NCBI RefSeq assembly: GCF_006345805.1
Contig: NC_042997.1
Location: 206,832,001-206,896,000, forward strand
Direction: 5' to 3'
DNA length: 64,000 nucleotides
From: Octopus sinensis
Taxonomy: Eukaryota
Shown: positions 12,200-25,954 of the stretch, one piece after another
Numbering within the stretch: the first letter of the stretch is position 1
Layout of the letters: every line of letters starts with the position of its first letter
The notes under the pieces: model-generated
Seen by the model: only the letters and a program-made list of their open reading frames with translations
Told to the model about the DNA's origin: nothing
Database searches by the model: none
Translations under genes and position numbers: made by a program

Positions 12200-13510
12200 G
12201 AATACAGCTGTCATGGTGTTATTTTTTTGAGTTAACCTGTTCATGATGGAGGGAAGCCCCGTAAGAAGATATAGAAAGCGGATGCATGACTTGAGGATGG
12301 AGAAGCAGGGCTCAGATATCAACTGCGGAAACAACAAAAACCCTAAACTGGAAACATCCAGGCTGGAATAGGGTCCAGGGGTATTGGCTGGAAAATTTCC
12401 CAGCACTACACAAAAGAATAGCTGCACAAATGGATAAAATGATCACCGACAGGGTGGAAGAGGCTGAGCACAGATAAAATGGTTGTTTGCCAAAAAGAAT
12501 GCCAGTAAAAGTAATGCAGTAGATAATTAGCAGCCTGTCACCTGCCTAGCTCTCATGTGGAAGCTGAATAATAGCTAATTGTGTGTCTAACTTGCTGGAA
12601 ATGAATGAAAAACTGCCAGTTGAACAGAGGGATGCTGGAGGAAAAGCTGAGGGACAAACGCTCAACTTCTGATAGACAGAATGGTGCTGAACGACAGCAC
12701 GAAAAGACTCACTAATCTGGGAATGGTGTGTATCGATTATAAGAAAGTGTGTGACATGGTTCCCCATTCTTGGATTTTAGAAAGTCTTGTGTTGGTACAG
12801 GCGTCTGATGACATCTTGAATTATGTGAGAATATCTCAGAAGAAGCAAATTAATTATAGGAAGTAGACTCAATGGAAAAAAAAAACAAGATCAGGACAAT
12901 GAACACATGGGCTGATTCCTTAATGCAATATGGCACAGGTGTTGTTAGGTGAACAAAAAAAACGAACTTGAGGAAGTGGACAGGAATAGAGGAAGAGTAA
13001 TGACAATTAACAAGGAACCTACACACTACTGACAGGTTGTATGTACCTAGGAAGAGGGGAGGAAGAGGATGCAAGATCTGTGTTGCCAATTAGAAGTCTG
13101 GGATGATAATATCACTTGCTTGCTGCAGTTGAAAACAACAACAGGATACCTATGGAAAATATGATGCACGTGAAAACATTTAAGAAACAAGATGAAGAAG
13201 AAAGAATAAACAATTGGAAAATGGAAACAATGAATGAGCAATAGGTGAGAGAAATCAAAGGAAAAGACAAGATCAACACTTGGAGATGGCTTAGAGAAAG
13301 TGATCTGAAAGGATACACTGAGGGATTGATATGCAGCTGCTGCCGGAAACAAGCTCTGAGAATTATTACATCAAGTTCCAAATAGATAAGCGTAGCAAAT
13401 TGCACCTTTGGAGGATGTGTGGAAGCAAAAATGGAACAACTCCATATATTGTGAGGGAATGTAGCAAGGTGGCCCAAAATGCACTAGGGAAGGAAACTAG
13501 TAAAAAGGGG
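12200..13510 (+). mobile_element. Highly degenerate R4/Dong-like LINE of a second subfamily
   Basis: NWKHPG..VQGYWLENF and MVCIDYKKVCDMVPHSWILESL fragments; many indels; ends approximate. Confidence 0.65.
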
Positions 13511-13694
13511 CCAGTTTCCATGGCATTTAAGTTCTCCAGCTGGATGGGCCACTCTCTGTCACAGGATTATTCAGTTTTGGTAGCTGAGTGAACTGGAGCA
13601 ACATGAAGTGAAGGGTTTTGCTCAAGAATACAATGCATCACCTGGTCCTTAATGAGGGGTTATGTCAATCTTTATAAAATATAAGAATAATAAC

Positions 13695-13880
13695 CCTTTC
13701 TACTAAAGGCACAAAGCCTGAAATTTTGGAGGAGAGTATTTCATTGACCCCAGTGTTTCACTGGTACTTAATTTATTGACCCTGAAAGGATGAAGGACAA
13801 AGCTGACCTTGGCAGAATTTGAACTCAGAATGTAGCACTTGGTAAAATACCACTAAGCATTTCATCCAGTGTGCTAACGA
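13695..13880 (+). mobile_element. Dispersed SINE-like repeat (source family of the satellite monomer)
   Basis: ggcacaaagcc...gaccccagtgtttcactggtacttaatttattgacc aligns by eye to the satellite monomer. Confidence 0.65.
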
Positions 13881-13896
13881 TTCTGCCAGATCAACA

Positions 13897-13906
<10 letters not shown>

Positions 13907-13973
<67 letters not shown>

Positions 13974-14024
13974 ATAATAATAATAAAAATAAAACTACTG
14001 AATAATAATAATAATAATAATAAT
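13907..14024. repeat. Compound microsatellite (ACT)n-(AAT)n containing a 17-nt R4 3'-end stub
   Basis: Direct reading; stub taaaaataaaactactg at 13984-14000. Confidence 0.9.
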
Positions 14025-16616
14025 ACCAAGAACTGGGCAAAAATAAAATAGAAGTCACTGCAGCACCAACGGCAGAAGAATTGGAAGAATTCTGGAAAGA
14101 AATATGGTCGGCGAACGAACAGCCAAAAAAAAGGAGTATGAAAATAACAAACTCGGCATCTGAACAACTTTGGACCCCCATAACAACTGAAGAGGTCACC
14201 CAGGCACTGCAAAAACTAAGCAACTGGAAGGCACCTGGGCATGACAAGATCCCCAACTTCTGGTTGAAATATCTAACAGGAATGCACAAAAAGCTGGCTG
14301 AAAACTTTAACAGCATACTAGCAGAGCCAGAGACAATGCCTGAATGGCTCACGAAGGGGAAAACCATCTTAATTCCCAAATCAAATGAAACAACAAAACC
14401 AGAAAACTACAGACCAATAACCTGCCTCCCTACTATGTTCAAGGCATTTACTGCAGTGATATCGCAAAGGCTGAACAAGCACCTGGACGAAAACAAACTG
14501 TTCCCAGAAGAGCAGAAAGGATGCCGCAAGGGCTCATATGGCTGTAAAGATCAACTAATGATTAATAAAGCCGTAACTGAAGACAGCCACAGAAAGAAGA
14601 AAGGCCTCAGTATGGCCTGGATTGACTACAAAAAGGCGTTTGATAGCATCCCCCACACATGGATCCTCGAAACACTAGCCATTAACAAAGTAGCACCAAC
14701 AATCATAAAATTCATAGAGCACTCTATGAATAAATGGCAAACAGTCCTACACCTCCAAACAAAAGAGGGACTCATGAAAACCAAAGACATCCCCATTAGA
14801 AGAGGAATATTCCAGGGAGACACGCTCTCTCCACTCCTTTTCTGCTTGGCACTGTCACCTCTATCTGATATGCTAAATAGAACTGGATGCGGATATAAAT
14901 GTTACGGCAAAATGATCAGCCACCTTTTATATATGGATGACCTAAAACTATACGCTGCAAATGACAAACAGCTGGAAACACTATTAAAGACAGTTCATGG
15001 ATTTACCAAAGAAATAGATATGAAATTTGGATTAGAAAAATGCGCCAAAGTAACCATGAAAAGAGGAAAACTAGTTAAGAGTAACAACATCACACTAGAT
15101 AAAACCAATGAAATAAAAGAATTAGACCAAAGCCAAACTTACAAATACTTAGGAATCCATGAACTAGATAAAACACAACACACACAAATGAAAGAGAATA
15201 AAAAAAGAATATTATAGACGAGTTAGATCAATACTAAAAACAGAGCTCAATGCTAAAAACAAGATAATAGGTATCAACACTTTAGCTGTCCCAGTTATAA
15301 GTTACAGCTACAATATCCTTAACTGGACACGAAATGAACTGTCCAAAATAGATAGGAAAACAAGAAAAATACTGACAGGATCTAGGATGCATCACCCAAA
15401 ATCTGACATAGAAAGACTATATATACAACGTATAGAAGGTGGTAGAGGCCTTATACAGCTGGAAAACTACTATAAAATAACCACCATAGGACTGCAAAAA
15501 TACCTACTTCAGAAGGAAGGAAAACTGATCCAGATAGCTGCAAAACACGAGCAAAACAAAAAACTGTTCTCAGTATTTAAGGAAGCTGACAAATACAAAC
15601 AAGAAATCATACCACCTAATAAACACAAAGAAGAAGAAGAAGAAGATGATGAAGAAACAACAAAAGCTATAAAACAAATGAAATCCAAACTAAAAATAGA
15701 ACAGCAACGAGCCATGATAAAACGATGGCAAGAAAAGCTCATTCGTGGCAAATACTGGACTAAACTAAATGCAAAAGAAATAGACAAAGAAAAATCCCAG
15801 CAATGGTTGAGAAGCTCAGGACTCAAAGCAGAAACAGAGGGATTTTTAATTGCAGCACAAGACCAAAGCCTCCCCACCAGAAATTACCAAAAACATGTAA
15901 TGAAAAGAAATATTACAAGTAACTGCAGAATATGTGGAGATGGACAAGAAACAATAAATCATATTATCTCTAGCTGCCCAGTCCTGGCTGAGAAGGAATA
16001 TATTCACAGACATGACAGAGTTGGAACCTACATACATTGGAAGCTATGCCAACATTATGGAATAACAACAGAAAAAAGATGGTATAGGCACACACCAGAA
16101 AAGGTCACAGAAAACGAGAAAGCAACCATACTCTGGGATATGCCGATACACACAGATAGAGAAATTAAGGCCAACAGACCAGATATAGTTGTCAGAGATC
16201 ATGAAGAAAAAAAATGCTTTCTAATTGATGTATCAATACCGGCAGATGACAACGTGTCTCTAAAAGAAATGGAGAAACTCTCAAAATACAAAGACCTGGA
16301 AATAGAGGTAACCAGAATGTGGAACCTGAAAACAGAAACAATTCCTATCATAGTAGGTGCATTAGGCATGATAAAAAAATATTCAGACAAATACATAACA
16401 AAAACACCAGGACTTATAAACACATATAACATACAGAAAATTGCACTACTAGGCACTGCACACATCCTACGCAGAACACTTTCCATACAATAACCATCAG
16501 AGCATCACAACAAATCACAGCACATACTCAAAGCACACAGAGCTGCGCTCGGTAGTGAAGTGAAAGCACGCTATAAAAATAAAACTACTGAATAATAATA
16601 ATAATAATAATAATAA
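14025..16616 (+). mobile_element. R4/Dong-like LINE copy 2, 5'-truncated, nearly intact ORF (one frameshift in an A-run near 15195), (AAT)n tail
   Basis: ORFs 14081-15217 (RT: GIFQGDTLSP, YMDD) and 15387-16493 (CCHC knuckle, RPDIV..IDVSIP endonuclease). Confidence 0.95.
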
Positions 16617-16687
16617 TCAGTAATGTTTAACAGAGAAAGACATGACAAGGCACCATAATATTCAATATTAACAAACAAATTGTTTAC

Positions 16688-16742
16688 CTCTTGGAAGAAG
16701 TCCTTCATTTTTCTGTCTGTTTAGGAGATATTCATGAAATTT
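16688..16742 (-). CDS. PARP14: Macro-PARP exon D (55 nt, phase 0-1), KFHEYLLNRQKNEGLLPR, end of macrodomain 2
   Basis: Acceptor tttttttccccttttaaaag, donor gtaaac; supplies the phase 0-1 link between exons 32391-32618 and 11156-11250. Confidence 0.8.
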
Positions 16743-18644
16743 CTTTTAAAAGGGGAAAAAAACAATGAGAATTATTTTTATGTTTTATTTTCCCATTTTT
16801 GCAAAAAGAATAGATTTAATTTAACAAAAACAAACAAAATATTTGAAATATTTAATGAGTTATTTCTATTCTGTAATAAGGAAATGAGGAAAATTACTTT
16901 GTCACTCAGATCAAAGATATTCCATCCATTGCCTTCCTGTCTTCTGGGAGATGTGAGACCTATGTCAATATGGTAACAGAGTGAATGCAGCAGAAAAACC
17001 TCCCACACTTTACATGGCCACCAATGTGGTGTCATTGCAGTTAAACATGTGGTAATGGTGTCTTCATGTAGCTGAAGTTCCACCGTTTTTCCTCTCCAGT
17101 TACCATCATGGTTAGAACTGTTGGATCTTGTGTTTGCAGTCAAAATGTCTATCAAGAATGTTGAATTTGGGGTTTTTCTTGTTACATCCTGTTTGTCCAA
17201 AACTATTTCAGGAACAAACAGGAGTACAAGGTAATTATTTTGACATTGTAAGGAAGAATGAGAGGAAACCTGACAATTCAGACCGTGGTCCTTCATAACA
17301 AAGAAAAGAGAAAAGATTCAAAGAGGAAAAGGTTCACAAACAGTTCTACAGTGGACAGAAATTTCCTCCATCTTTTTGTTACAGTAGAAAGGCGTAAAGA
17401 TTATATTTTGGTATTAATACTGCTTCTATCGTTATTATTTTTAATAGATTTCTGGCTATTCATTATCTTTAATAAGCCTTCTTGTTATTAGTTTTAATAA
17501 ACTTTCTGACTTATTTTTAATAAACCTTCTAACTATTACAGAGATGTACTTGCATAGCAAGTGACTTGATCTGAGACCATGTGCTGAAACAAAACAATTG
17601 CAGCATGGAAGATGTTTGTAAGCCATTCAAGAACACACAAAAACCATTAGTTTCACTTCAACATTTAAATTTCATTTGTGTCAAAATATTTCCTTCACTT
17701 TAAAACTGCGACCTGTTCACTGACAAAACTTGGTGCTATCTTTAATAAGCTTTGCTGGCTGTTAATTATCTATATATATATAAAACTGAGAATGTCTGTC
17801 TGTCTGTGTGAATCCTTAAAACTTGAAAACTACACAACTAGTTTCATTCAAATTTTACACATGCCTTACTTAGTGTCCAGGGAGTGTCATGGGCATAAAA
17901 AAATTGTTTAACTTTTTGCGAAGGGCAAGCCCACAGCAATATCATATCTTCTCCACTATGAATCCCTAAAACTTGAGAACTACATAACCAATTTCATTCA
18001 AATTTTACTCATGCCTTACTTAAGGTCCATGTAACGTTATGGGCAAAAGAAATTCTAACTTCTTGCCTAGGGCAAGCCCACAGCAATATCATATCTTCTC
18101 CACTATTTCAGTATTATGTGTTAAAAGTGAAACAAAATCATATCTCTACTGTAATGTCAGATACTTTCACTTTAATACTGAAACTATTAAAGTCAAACTA
18201 TTATATAAGAGGGATAAACCATTAACAGTGGACATCCATTTTGCTAGAAGAAGATCCGCTATGGTCTTATATGCTACACTACAGGTTTTCAATTCATATT
18301 AATCAAATTAATATTCAATTTCTCACCCTTTTTATTTTAAATTCAAATTTAAACCCAGGACCATGTGTTTTGGAACAAAGTTTGTTACCACACAGCCACA
18401 CCTGCACCTGTGTGTGTGTGTGTGTGTCTGTGTGTGTGTGTGTGTATAGATGTATATGTATACATTTGCCCCTCATTAGGCAATCTCCTGCAGAGTGGAT
18501 ATAGCTGCGTAACCAGGCTAACATGACATAGCTGGAAAATTCGGCTGTTGTGCTGCGGGTGGTTGTTGATGCCTTGGCCCAGATCACGCTTACGATTTAA
18601 AAGTCGTTACGGCCGTGATCCTACTGCAGCATTGTGCGTGTGTG

Positions 18645-18676
<32 letters not shown>

Positions 18677-18951
18677 ATAACAAAATAATAAATAAAACAT
18701 ATGCATATATACATATATGTACGTACCTACATCTATATGTATATATACATGCATATATGGGTACAGGACACCAAAAAAATGTCGAACACAATGAGAAACG
18801 AAAACATAAAAATAAAACCAAGGAAACGGACATTTTTTTTTAAACAACAAAAAAACAGATTACAAGACATACAACACAAGGAAAATTCCCCTTCTTCAGC
18901 CGCCCGTTTTGTCTACTCTGTGTTTCAAAGGTAAAGGCGAGACACGACTTC

Positions 18952-18956
<5 letters not shown>

Positions 18957-19010
<54 letters not shown>

Positions 19011-19017
19011 GTATATA

Positions 19018-19112
<95 letters not shown>
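18957..19112. repeat. (TA)n microsatellite, imperfect
   Basis: Direct reading. Confidence 0.95.
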
Positions 19113-19113
<1 letters not shown>

Positions 19114-20182
19114 CTTTGATACTTTGATAGGTTTCGGCCATTATTGGCCCAGGCCATGTCTAACTTAATAGCACCACCTGGTGAAGTCTTTCAAGTCAGA
19201 ATTTGGGCACTATGGCCCACTCAAGTAGAGAGTTATTGTTTACAGAGACATATCCGGGTGTAGGGGGTTTATCCGGGATTTCTTGAAGGAATCTGTCCAA
19301 AGACTTCTTGAACCCTATAGGGTCTGTTTCTGTTTTAATGTGTTTTGGTGTAATGTTAAAGAGAGCGGGGCCAATTGAGGTGAAATAATTGTGCCGTATT
19401 GTTGTTATGCGATGAGAGTGCGATTTTTGTTTTGGGCGGATGGCACGGGGCCCAAGCCTTGGATGTACCTTAAAGGTGATGCCAACATCATTTGGGCAAT
19501 GCTGATGGAATATTTTCCACATCATGCAGATGATGTAGCGCTCATGACGACGTTGGAGAGAATAAAGTTTTAGCTTTTCTAGTCGACCCCAATAGTCGAG
19601 GCCTGTCATGCCATCTATCTTTTTTGTGATTGCCTTTTGAGGTGCTTCAACTTTTATGATACTTTGTTTTGTGTGGGGAGACCACAGTGGACAACAGTAT
19701 TCAAGGTGGGGTCGGGCAAAAGTGGAGAAGAGAAGGATAATGGTGTGGATATCTCTCGACTGGAAAGTTCTGAGAATCCAGGAACACATTCTGCGGGCCA
19801 TGTCAACTTTGGTGTTTATATGAGTGGCCCAGCTTATGTTGTTGTCCACAATTACTCCCAAGTCTCTGATGTTGTTGGATGCCACGAGAGTTTCACCTGA
19901 AGGAAGGGAGTATGGGAGTTTCAGGGCATCCTCTTTTCCAAAGTGGATTAACTCAAATTTATCCTCGTTCAGCAGCATATTGTTTTTTTCTGCCCATTGG
20001 ATAACAGCCAGTAGATCTGACTGAAGGCATGTCCGGTCACTCGCCTCATTTATGACCTTCTGTAGCTTGGAATCATCTGCAAAGATTTTTATGTTGCTGT
20101 GCTTGATGATGTCATTAATGTCATTAATGTAGATGATGAAAAGAAGTGGGCCCAGCACAGTGCCTTGCGCAATGCCACTACT
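19113..20182 (-). mobile_element. CR1/L2-group LINE, 5'-truncated, RT C-terminal 320 aa open
   Basis: GIAQGTVLGPLLFIIYIND, IFADD, RPHLEYCCPLWSP motifs; 3' end (tcaaagta)2 abutting (TA)n. Confidence 0.85.
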
Positions 20183-21009
20183 GACTTTTTTTTCGATTCA
20201 ATTTATTATTATTATTACTAGTATTGTTGTTATACATACATACATACAAGCATATGTAATGATAATAATGGGTGGATGTAAACACATGAACAAAATAAGA
20301 ACAAAAACAACAAAAAAAAATACAAAATACAAATTACATGAACATATATAAACAGAAGATACAAATATTACAGGCATCCCCCACATACACACACTAAATA
20401 AACATAAACGCACATAGAGATATAAGCATGCGCAAATGAAGACATACAATAGAAATACAAAATGGCTGACGGTTAGTAAGGAGAGACACAAATAAGTAAG
20501 AAGAAAACAAAGGACCACTGATGCGGTCACAGGAGTGTGATGAAAGAACTCTGGCCGAAATAAGATTAAGATTAATGTAAAAAATAAATAACACTGAAGC
20601 AAAGTAACACCAAATATATAGTGCGTGTGTTTTTATTGGCTAAACTGGCAAAATGACCATTCCTAAATACAACAATATATATATATATACCGATACATAT
20701 AAGACCCACACCGATACATATAAGACCCACCCAACGAACCCCCTATAGTCCACCCATCCAACAACCACATTCCTACCACATCTCCTACAGATCTCCAAAC
20801 CCTCACATCCCACACGAACCCAATCACCACAACTACATACCCCCCTACATCCCCCCATACAATCTACCAGACACACACCCACAAACCCATCGCATTTCTC
20901 ACAAATCCTTACACCATCGCATCCCATACCAACACAAATACGACAACTACCTACCCCCCTCCAACCTCCCCACCCAAAAACACTCCTACACATACAACCA
21001 GAACTTTAA

Positions 21010-23358
21010 CAAAGAATACACCCCTTACCTCAACAACCATTTTTTAGACAGAGGGGAAAAATACAAACACCACCGCTAACACAGACCCAAAATAAGAAAA
21101 CAAAAATTATAAACCTCTCCAGCAAAACACTGACACCAACCCAAATCAACATCCTAGCAAGAGGTTTGAAATTCACACCCACCCCAAGAACACCCAACCC
21201 CCCGGAGGTCAAGGATGACGTTTCTGAATTCTGCAGAAAACTTCGCCTAACAGAAGCTTTGACAGATATCAACAATGGGGATGACTCATTGATCAGAAAT
21301 AAAAGCAACTTCCTACCACCAAAAGGGAGAAATAAAACACTGGACGATTTCTGTAAACACATCCAGAGTCTCCCCTTTACCCCAAGCAAAACCAAGGTAA
21401 AATCCAATTTCAGTAAGGAAGAATGGGAAAACCTACGTGACATACAACTGGATAAAAACCTCACCATCAAAGAAGCGGACAAAGGGAGTGCTGTGGTCCT
21501 TATGGACACGGAATTTTATAAACACCTAGTGTTCTCCATGCTTAACAATAACATTTTCTATGAGGTTATTAACAACTACAAACAGCAAAAAACAATCAGA
21601 AACCTCACCACACTCATACGCCAACACGGTCAGGGACTCACAGAAAAAGAAAGGGATTATATCACCATTTTCAAATGCAAGCCCAGCCTTTTTTATGGCC
21701 TTCCTAAAATCCATAAAAACAAATACATCACCGAAGCCTGCAAACTCTCCACTGACATCCACATCAACATCAAAGCACCGGAGGACCTAAAACTAAGGCC
21801 CATCGTGGCTGGTACCTCCTGTGAAAAACACCGCCTGAGTAACTTCCTAGACATCCTTTTGAAACCTTTCCTTACCCACATCAAAAGTTTCATTAGGGAT
21901 GATCTGGACATGCTCAAACACCTCCCGAAAACAGTTAACGAGGAGGCACTCCTGGTATCCTTTGATGTCATCAACCTCTACACCAACATTCCACATGAGT
22001 ATGGTATAGAGGCAATTGACTTCTGGCTAGAAAAACACCCAGAGACATTCCCTGACCGCATTAACAAGTCTTTTATTACAGAATCTCTTAAGTTCATTCT
22101 GACAAACAATTTTTTTCTCTTCGACGACACACACTACCGTCAAAAATGTGGCATTGCGATGGGTACCAAGGCTGCACCAGTCCTTGCGAACCTCATAATG
22201 GGTTACTTCGAACTGTCACTCTATGAAATATCAAGCCAGAAATTTGGACATGTTTTCCACACCTACCTAATGGAAAACTGGAAAAGGTATTTAGATGATT
22301 GTTTCATCATATGGAAAGAACCTTATGAAAAACTCCTGGAATTCAAAACCATACTAAACAACATACATCCCAACATCCAATTCACTATGGAATTAAGCAA
22401 ACATCATCTCCCATTCCTTGATCTCCTAATTATAAAAACACCTAAGAACCAAATCATAACAGACATCTACCACAAACCTACAGACTCACAACAATACCTC
22501 CTCTTTAGTTCATGCCACCCAAAACACACCAAGACAAATATCCCTTTCAATTTAGCTAAAAGGGTATGCACCATTGTCTCGGATCCAAAAACACGAGAAA
22601 TACGCCTTCAAGACCTCAAAAAAACACTATTACAACGTCAATATCCCTCCACCCTTATAGAGTATGGAATAAAACGCGCCAAAGAACTAGACAACACTAC
22701 ACTGAAAACCACCCAACCTAACACCACACACAACCTCAAAATACTTCCATACATTTCCACCCACAACCCCAAAAATATCGAAGCATACACCACAATCATA
22801 CAAAACCTCAGTCTACTGTCAACAGACCCAAAAATGAAAAACATTATAAATACACACAAAATCCTCAAATGCAAAAGGCAACACAAATCTTTAAAAAAAC
22901 TCTTGACAAATGCCAAACTTCACACACCACATCCACCCCCAACAGTAAAAAAATGTGCACGCTCAAACTGTGGTACCTGCCCCTTTCTACTTGAAGGCTC
23001 TGAATTTACCTTCAAACAAGGTACGAAGTTTAAAATCAAGACTAACTTCTCCTGTTCCTCCGAGAACCTTATCTACGTTCTCACATGCGCTGGTTGCCAA
23101 CATAATTATGTTGGACAAACGAGTCTCCCGTTACGTAAACGAGTAACGGTGCATAAAGAACAAATAAATCTCCCGGAATACCGACAAATTCCACTGAGTG
23201 ACCACTTAGACTCATGTGCTAAAGACTTAAACCCCAAATTCTATATATTCCCCTTCTACCAATGTAAAGACGGGATCACCACACAGGAGAGAATTAACAA
23301 GGAGAATCTCTTTATTGAAAAATTCCAAACACAACTTAATATGCAAACTCCTCGTTGA
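21010..23358 (+). mobile_element. Penelope-like element ORF: reverse transcriptase plus GIY-YIG endonuclease, uninterrupted
   Basis: INLSSKTLT..RGLKFTP, FDVINLYTNIP, GIAMGTKAAP, RYLDD, LIYVLTCAGC..YVGQT; frame open from 21010 with no in-frame ATG before the TTG call at 21166. Confidence 0.95.
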
Positions 23359-23990
23359 TCAAACTTCCTTTCTCTACCTCACTCTTCATGGATGGACTAA
23401 CACAAATATATAAAGATACCATGCATTCATCACTTCAAGCTAAAACTTATATTCTTTAAATATCATTTTTACTATTGTTGTTATTACTATCATTTTTATT
23501 ATAAATGATATGACAATTTGAAATGCAATTGTCTATGCATATTTATATTATTAGAAAATAATATAAATAAAGTGTTAAAATCTGAAAGTTAAGTTAACAA
23601 GCAATTATATAAAAAAGATAATGCAAATGAAGCTAAAATGATAGTTTTATAATTTGGGTTTTATTGAAGAACTCAAAAGAGTTGTCTCCCCTTACTCACA
23701 ACACAGGAACTGAAGAACCAGGACCACAATTACTACTACTTCCTGTCCTGCAACATGCTGAATTTAACAACACAACACATCACATGCTCTTAATCCCTTT
23801 GGATCTTAACACCTCAAGGTAATTTTTTGGTAAACAACCATAAAACTCAAGATACACAACGAACTCACAATGTATCGGAGAACTTATTTTTCAATTTTTG
23901 TACATTTTTATCATTATTCTTTTACAAAAAACAATGCAATTTTCTTTTTTTCCCCTTTCTAATTTTTAAAAAAACTTCTTAAAACATAAA

Positions 23991-24031
23991 TATTCTTGAC
24001 AAGTCATACATTGACGAAAACCGGTTGAATA
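23991..24031 (+). ncRNA. Minimal type-I hammerhead ribozyme motif, U3-A8 core variant, in the Penelope 3' region
   Basis: Stem I tattc/gaata, core ttgacaa, stem II gtca-tacat-tgac, gaaa(a), palindromic accggt, GUU site; one extra A. Confidence 0.55.
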
Positions 24032-24119
24032 AATATATATTTATATATTTTATCATTTTCTCATTTTATTAAAATTTTCTTTCATTTGAGCATTCTGCAT
24101 TTAAAAAAAAATTTTTCCT

Positions 24120-24169
<50 letters not shown>

Positions 24170-25954
24170 CACACATGCACACACACACACACATATATAT
24201 ACACATGTATGTATATGTGTACATTCATATTTATTATATCAAAGACAATGTCTTAATGTGTTTGTGTATTACTGCTGCACCGATCATTATGTAATTTGGA
24301 ACGCCAAATTGAAGCTTAGGGAGAAGGGTAATGCTGTGTGTTTCATACAATTTCCTGGACCAAAATTACTGAATGGATCCTTATGATATTTGAAACTTAG
24401 ATTCAATGCATAACGGCGGGTATAATGCAATATGTTTAGTTTAAATTTCAGATGGCTTAGAGGGGGCAGAACCCCCCACCCCCAATGAAAATTCATAAAT
24501 TTTCAATGTTGATGAAATTTTAACCATGGGTAATTGACACACATCAAGAAGTATTCTCAAAGTTTCCACTTCACATGAGGTTTCTAAGACACCCTAATGG
24601 GGGCCTTGACTCCCAAATTTTAGTAATTTCTTTCATGATTCAAAACTAAGTCAAAAGTACTGAATGGATCTTTACGAAATTTGGAAATTATATTCTATGC
24701 ATAAGGGCCATAACCCCCATGACAATTCATATATTTTTGCTGTTGATGAAATTTTAACCATAGATATTAGATACAAATGAAGTAATATTTATAAAATTTA
24801 ATCTTCTTACAAGCTAGAAGACCCCTTCATGGGGACTTAACACCTACAATTTTGTCCTTTTATCTAAGCAAAAACGAATATAATTGTAATTCAATGGTAC
24901 AACAGTGTAAGAGTTTGCTTTGACATACACTTACATTGTGATTTCTGCAATGTTGTGCATAAATTGTCAAGTAAATGAGAGGCATCTTTGCCTTCACTGA
25001 TTCAGTTGCAAAGTGTTGAGTAAAGTTATTTGATTGCAGATCTCCTTTCAGTCTTTTTGTTATCGCTGGGTCACACATAGTCCCCAGATGGTAACATTGA
25101 TTTCAAGGCCTTCCCAGATGAGTGACTGGTTATTCAAAGACATTTATATATTGTATATATATTCTGTCCAGTTACGTATCAGTATAGTGGTCATTTGCAA
25201 ACTCCAGAGGTGACACTTTAATTTCTCCTTAACCCTCACGTCACACAGTTGTTAATGTTTATTTCAGTTGGGTCACGCCCTTCCAATTGCTATAGATTCG
25301 TAATGCATCTTACAGCTGTGCCTGTCACCTGGGTGGTGAGGAATCCTACATTGGGAGTGGTAACGACTAGGGTAGGGTAGCTGACTGCTTATTGTGATCA
25401 TTCGTCTTTTGGTTTCCTGTAGCTTTGCTCTCTTTTACAAACCCAGTGAACATATATTTCCTATTTCAAAGAAATTCAAACAATAGATATAAGACCCAAA
25501 TTAAAACGATTCTCAACAATTCAACTTCTCTGGTTGACATTAAGATGCCCACCCCCAACAGGGGCCTTAACTCTCACATTTTAGAGCTTCATGACCTCCA
25601 TTTTTCAGGTGCAAAATCCTTTTTACAGGTTGTATAAGACTGGAATTTTGGAATCTGTGCATAAAAATTAATAGTATGGGATACATGTGGCACGATTACA
25701 ATTCTTTTAGGGTGTGTAAAGAGGGAAATAACCCTCATCTGCAATTTTGATGAAATTCGAAACATAGATATTCCAGTTCATTACAGAAAATATAACAGAA
25801 AAAAAGTCTAATTCTTCAATTGTATGTAACTCGGGCAACGCCAGGTAACTCTGCTAGTCTTTAATTAACTTGCTGGATATGAATTATCTTTAATAAACCT
25901 TCTGGCTAGTAATTATAATTAATATACCTTCTGGCTATCAATTCACCATCATCA

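Larger units (their letters stand above)
17769..25857 (+). mobile_element. Probable non-autonomous Helitron inflated by nested insertions
   Basis: 5' A|TCTATATATATAT at 17768/17769; 3' imperfect hairpin cgggcaacgccagg then CTAG|T at 25854-25858; internal ~148-bp tandem duplication 17812-18104; same minisatellite on both flanks. Confidence 0.6.

Noticed and set aside
13891-14379. Poly-V/Y/S and YI-repeat ORFs here and at 18590-19168
   Set aside because: Translations of (ACT)n, (AAT)n and (TA)n microsatellites
16778-17296. 172-aa minus-strand ORF
   Set aside because: No recognisable domain, and no exon is needed there once 16688-16742 is used
20511-20570. Hammerhead-like CTGATGC-ggtc...ggcc-GAAA upstream of the Penelope ORF
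   Set aside because: A9 is substituted and no stem I can be formed; at most a decayed relic
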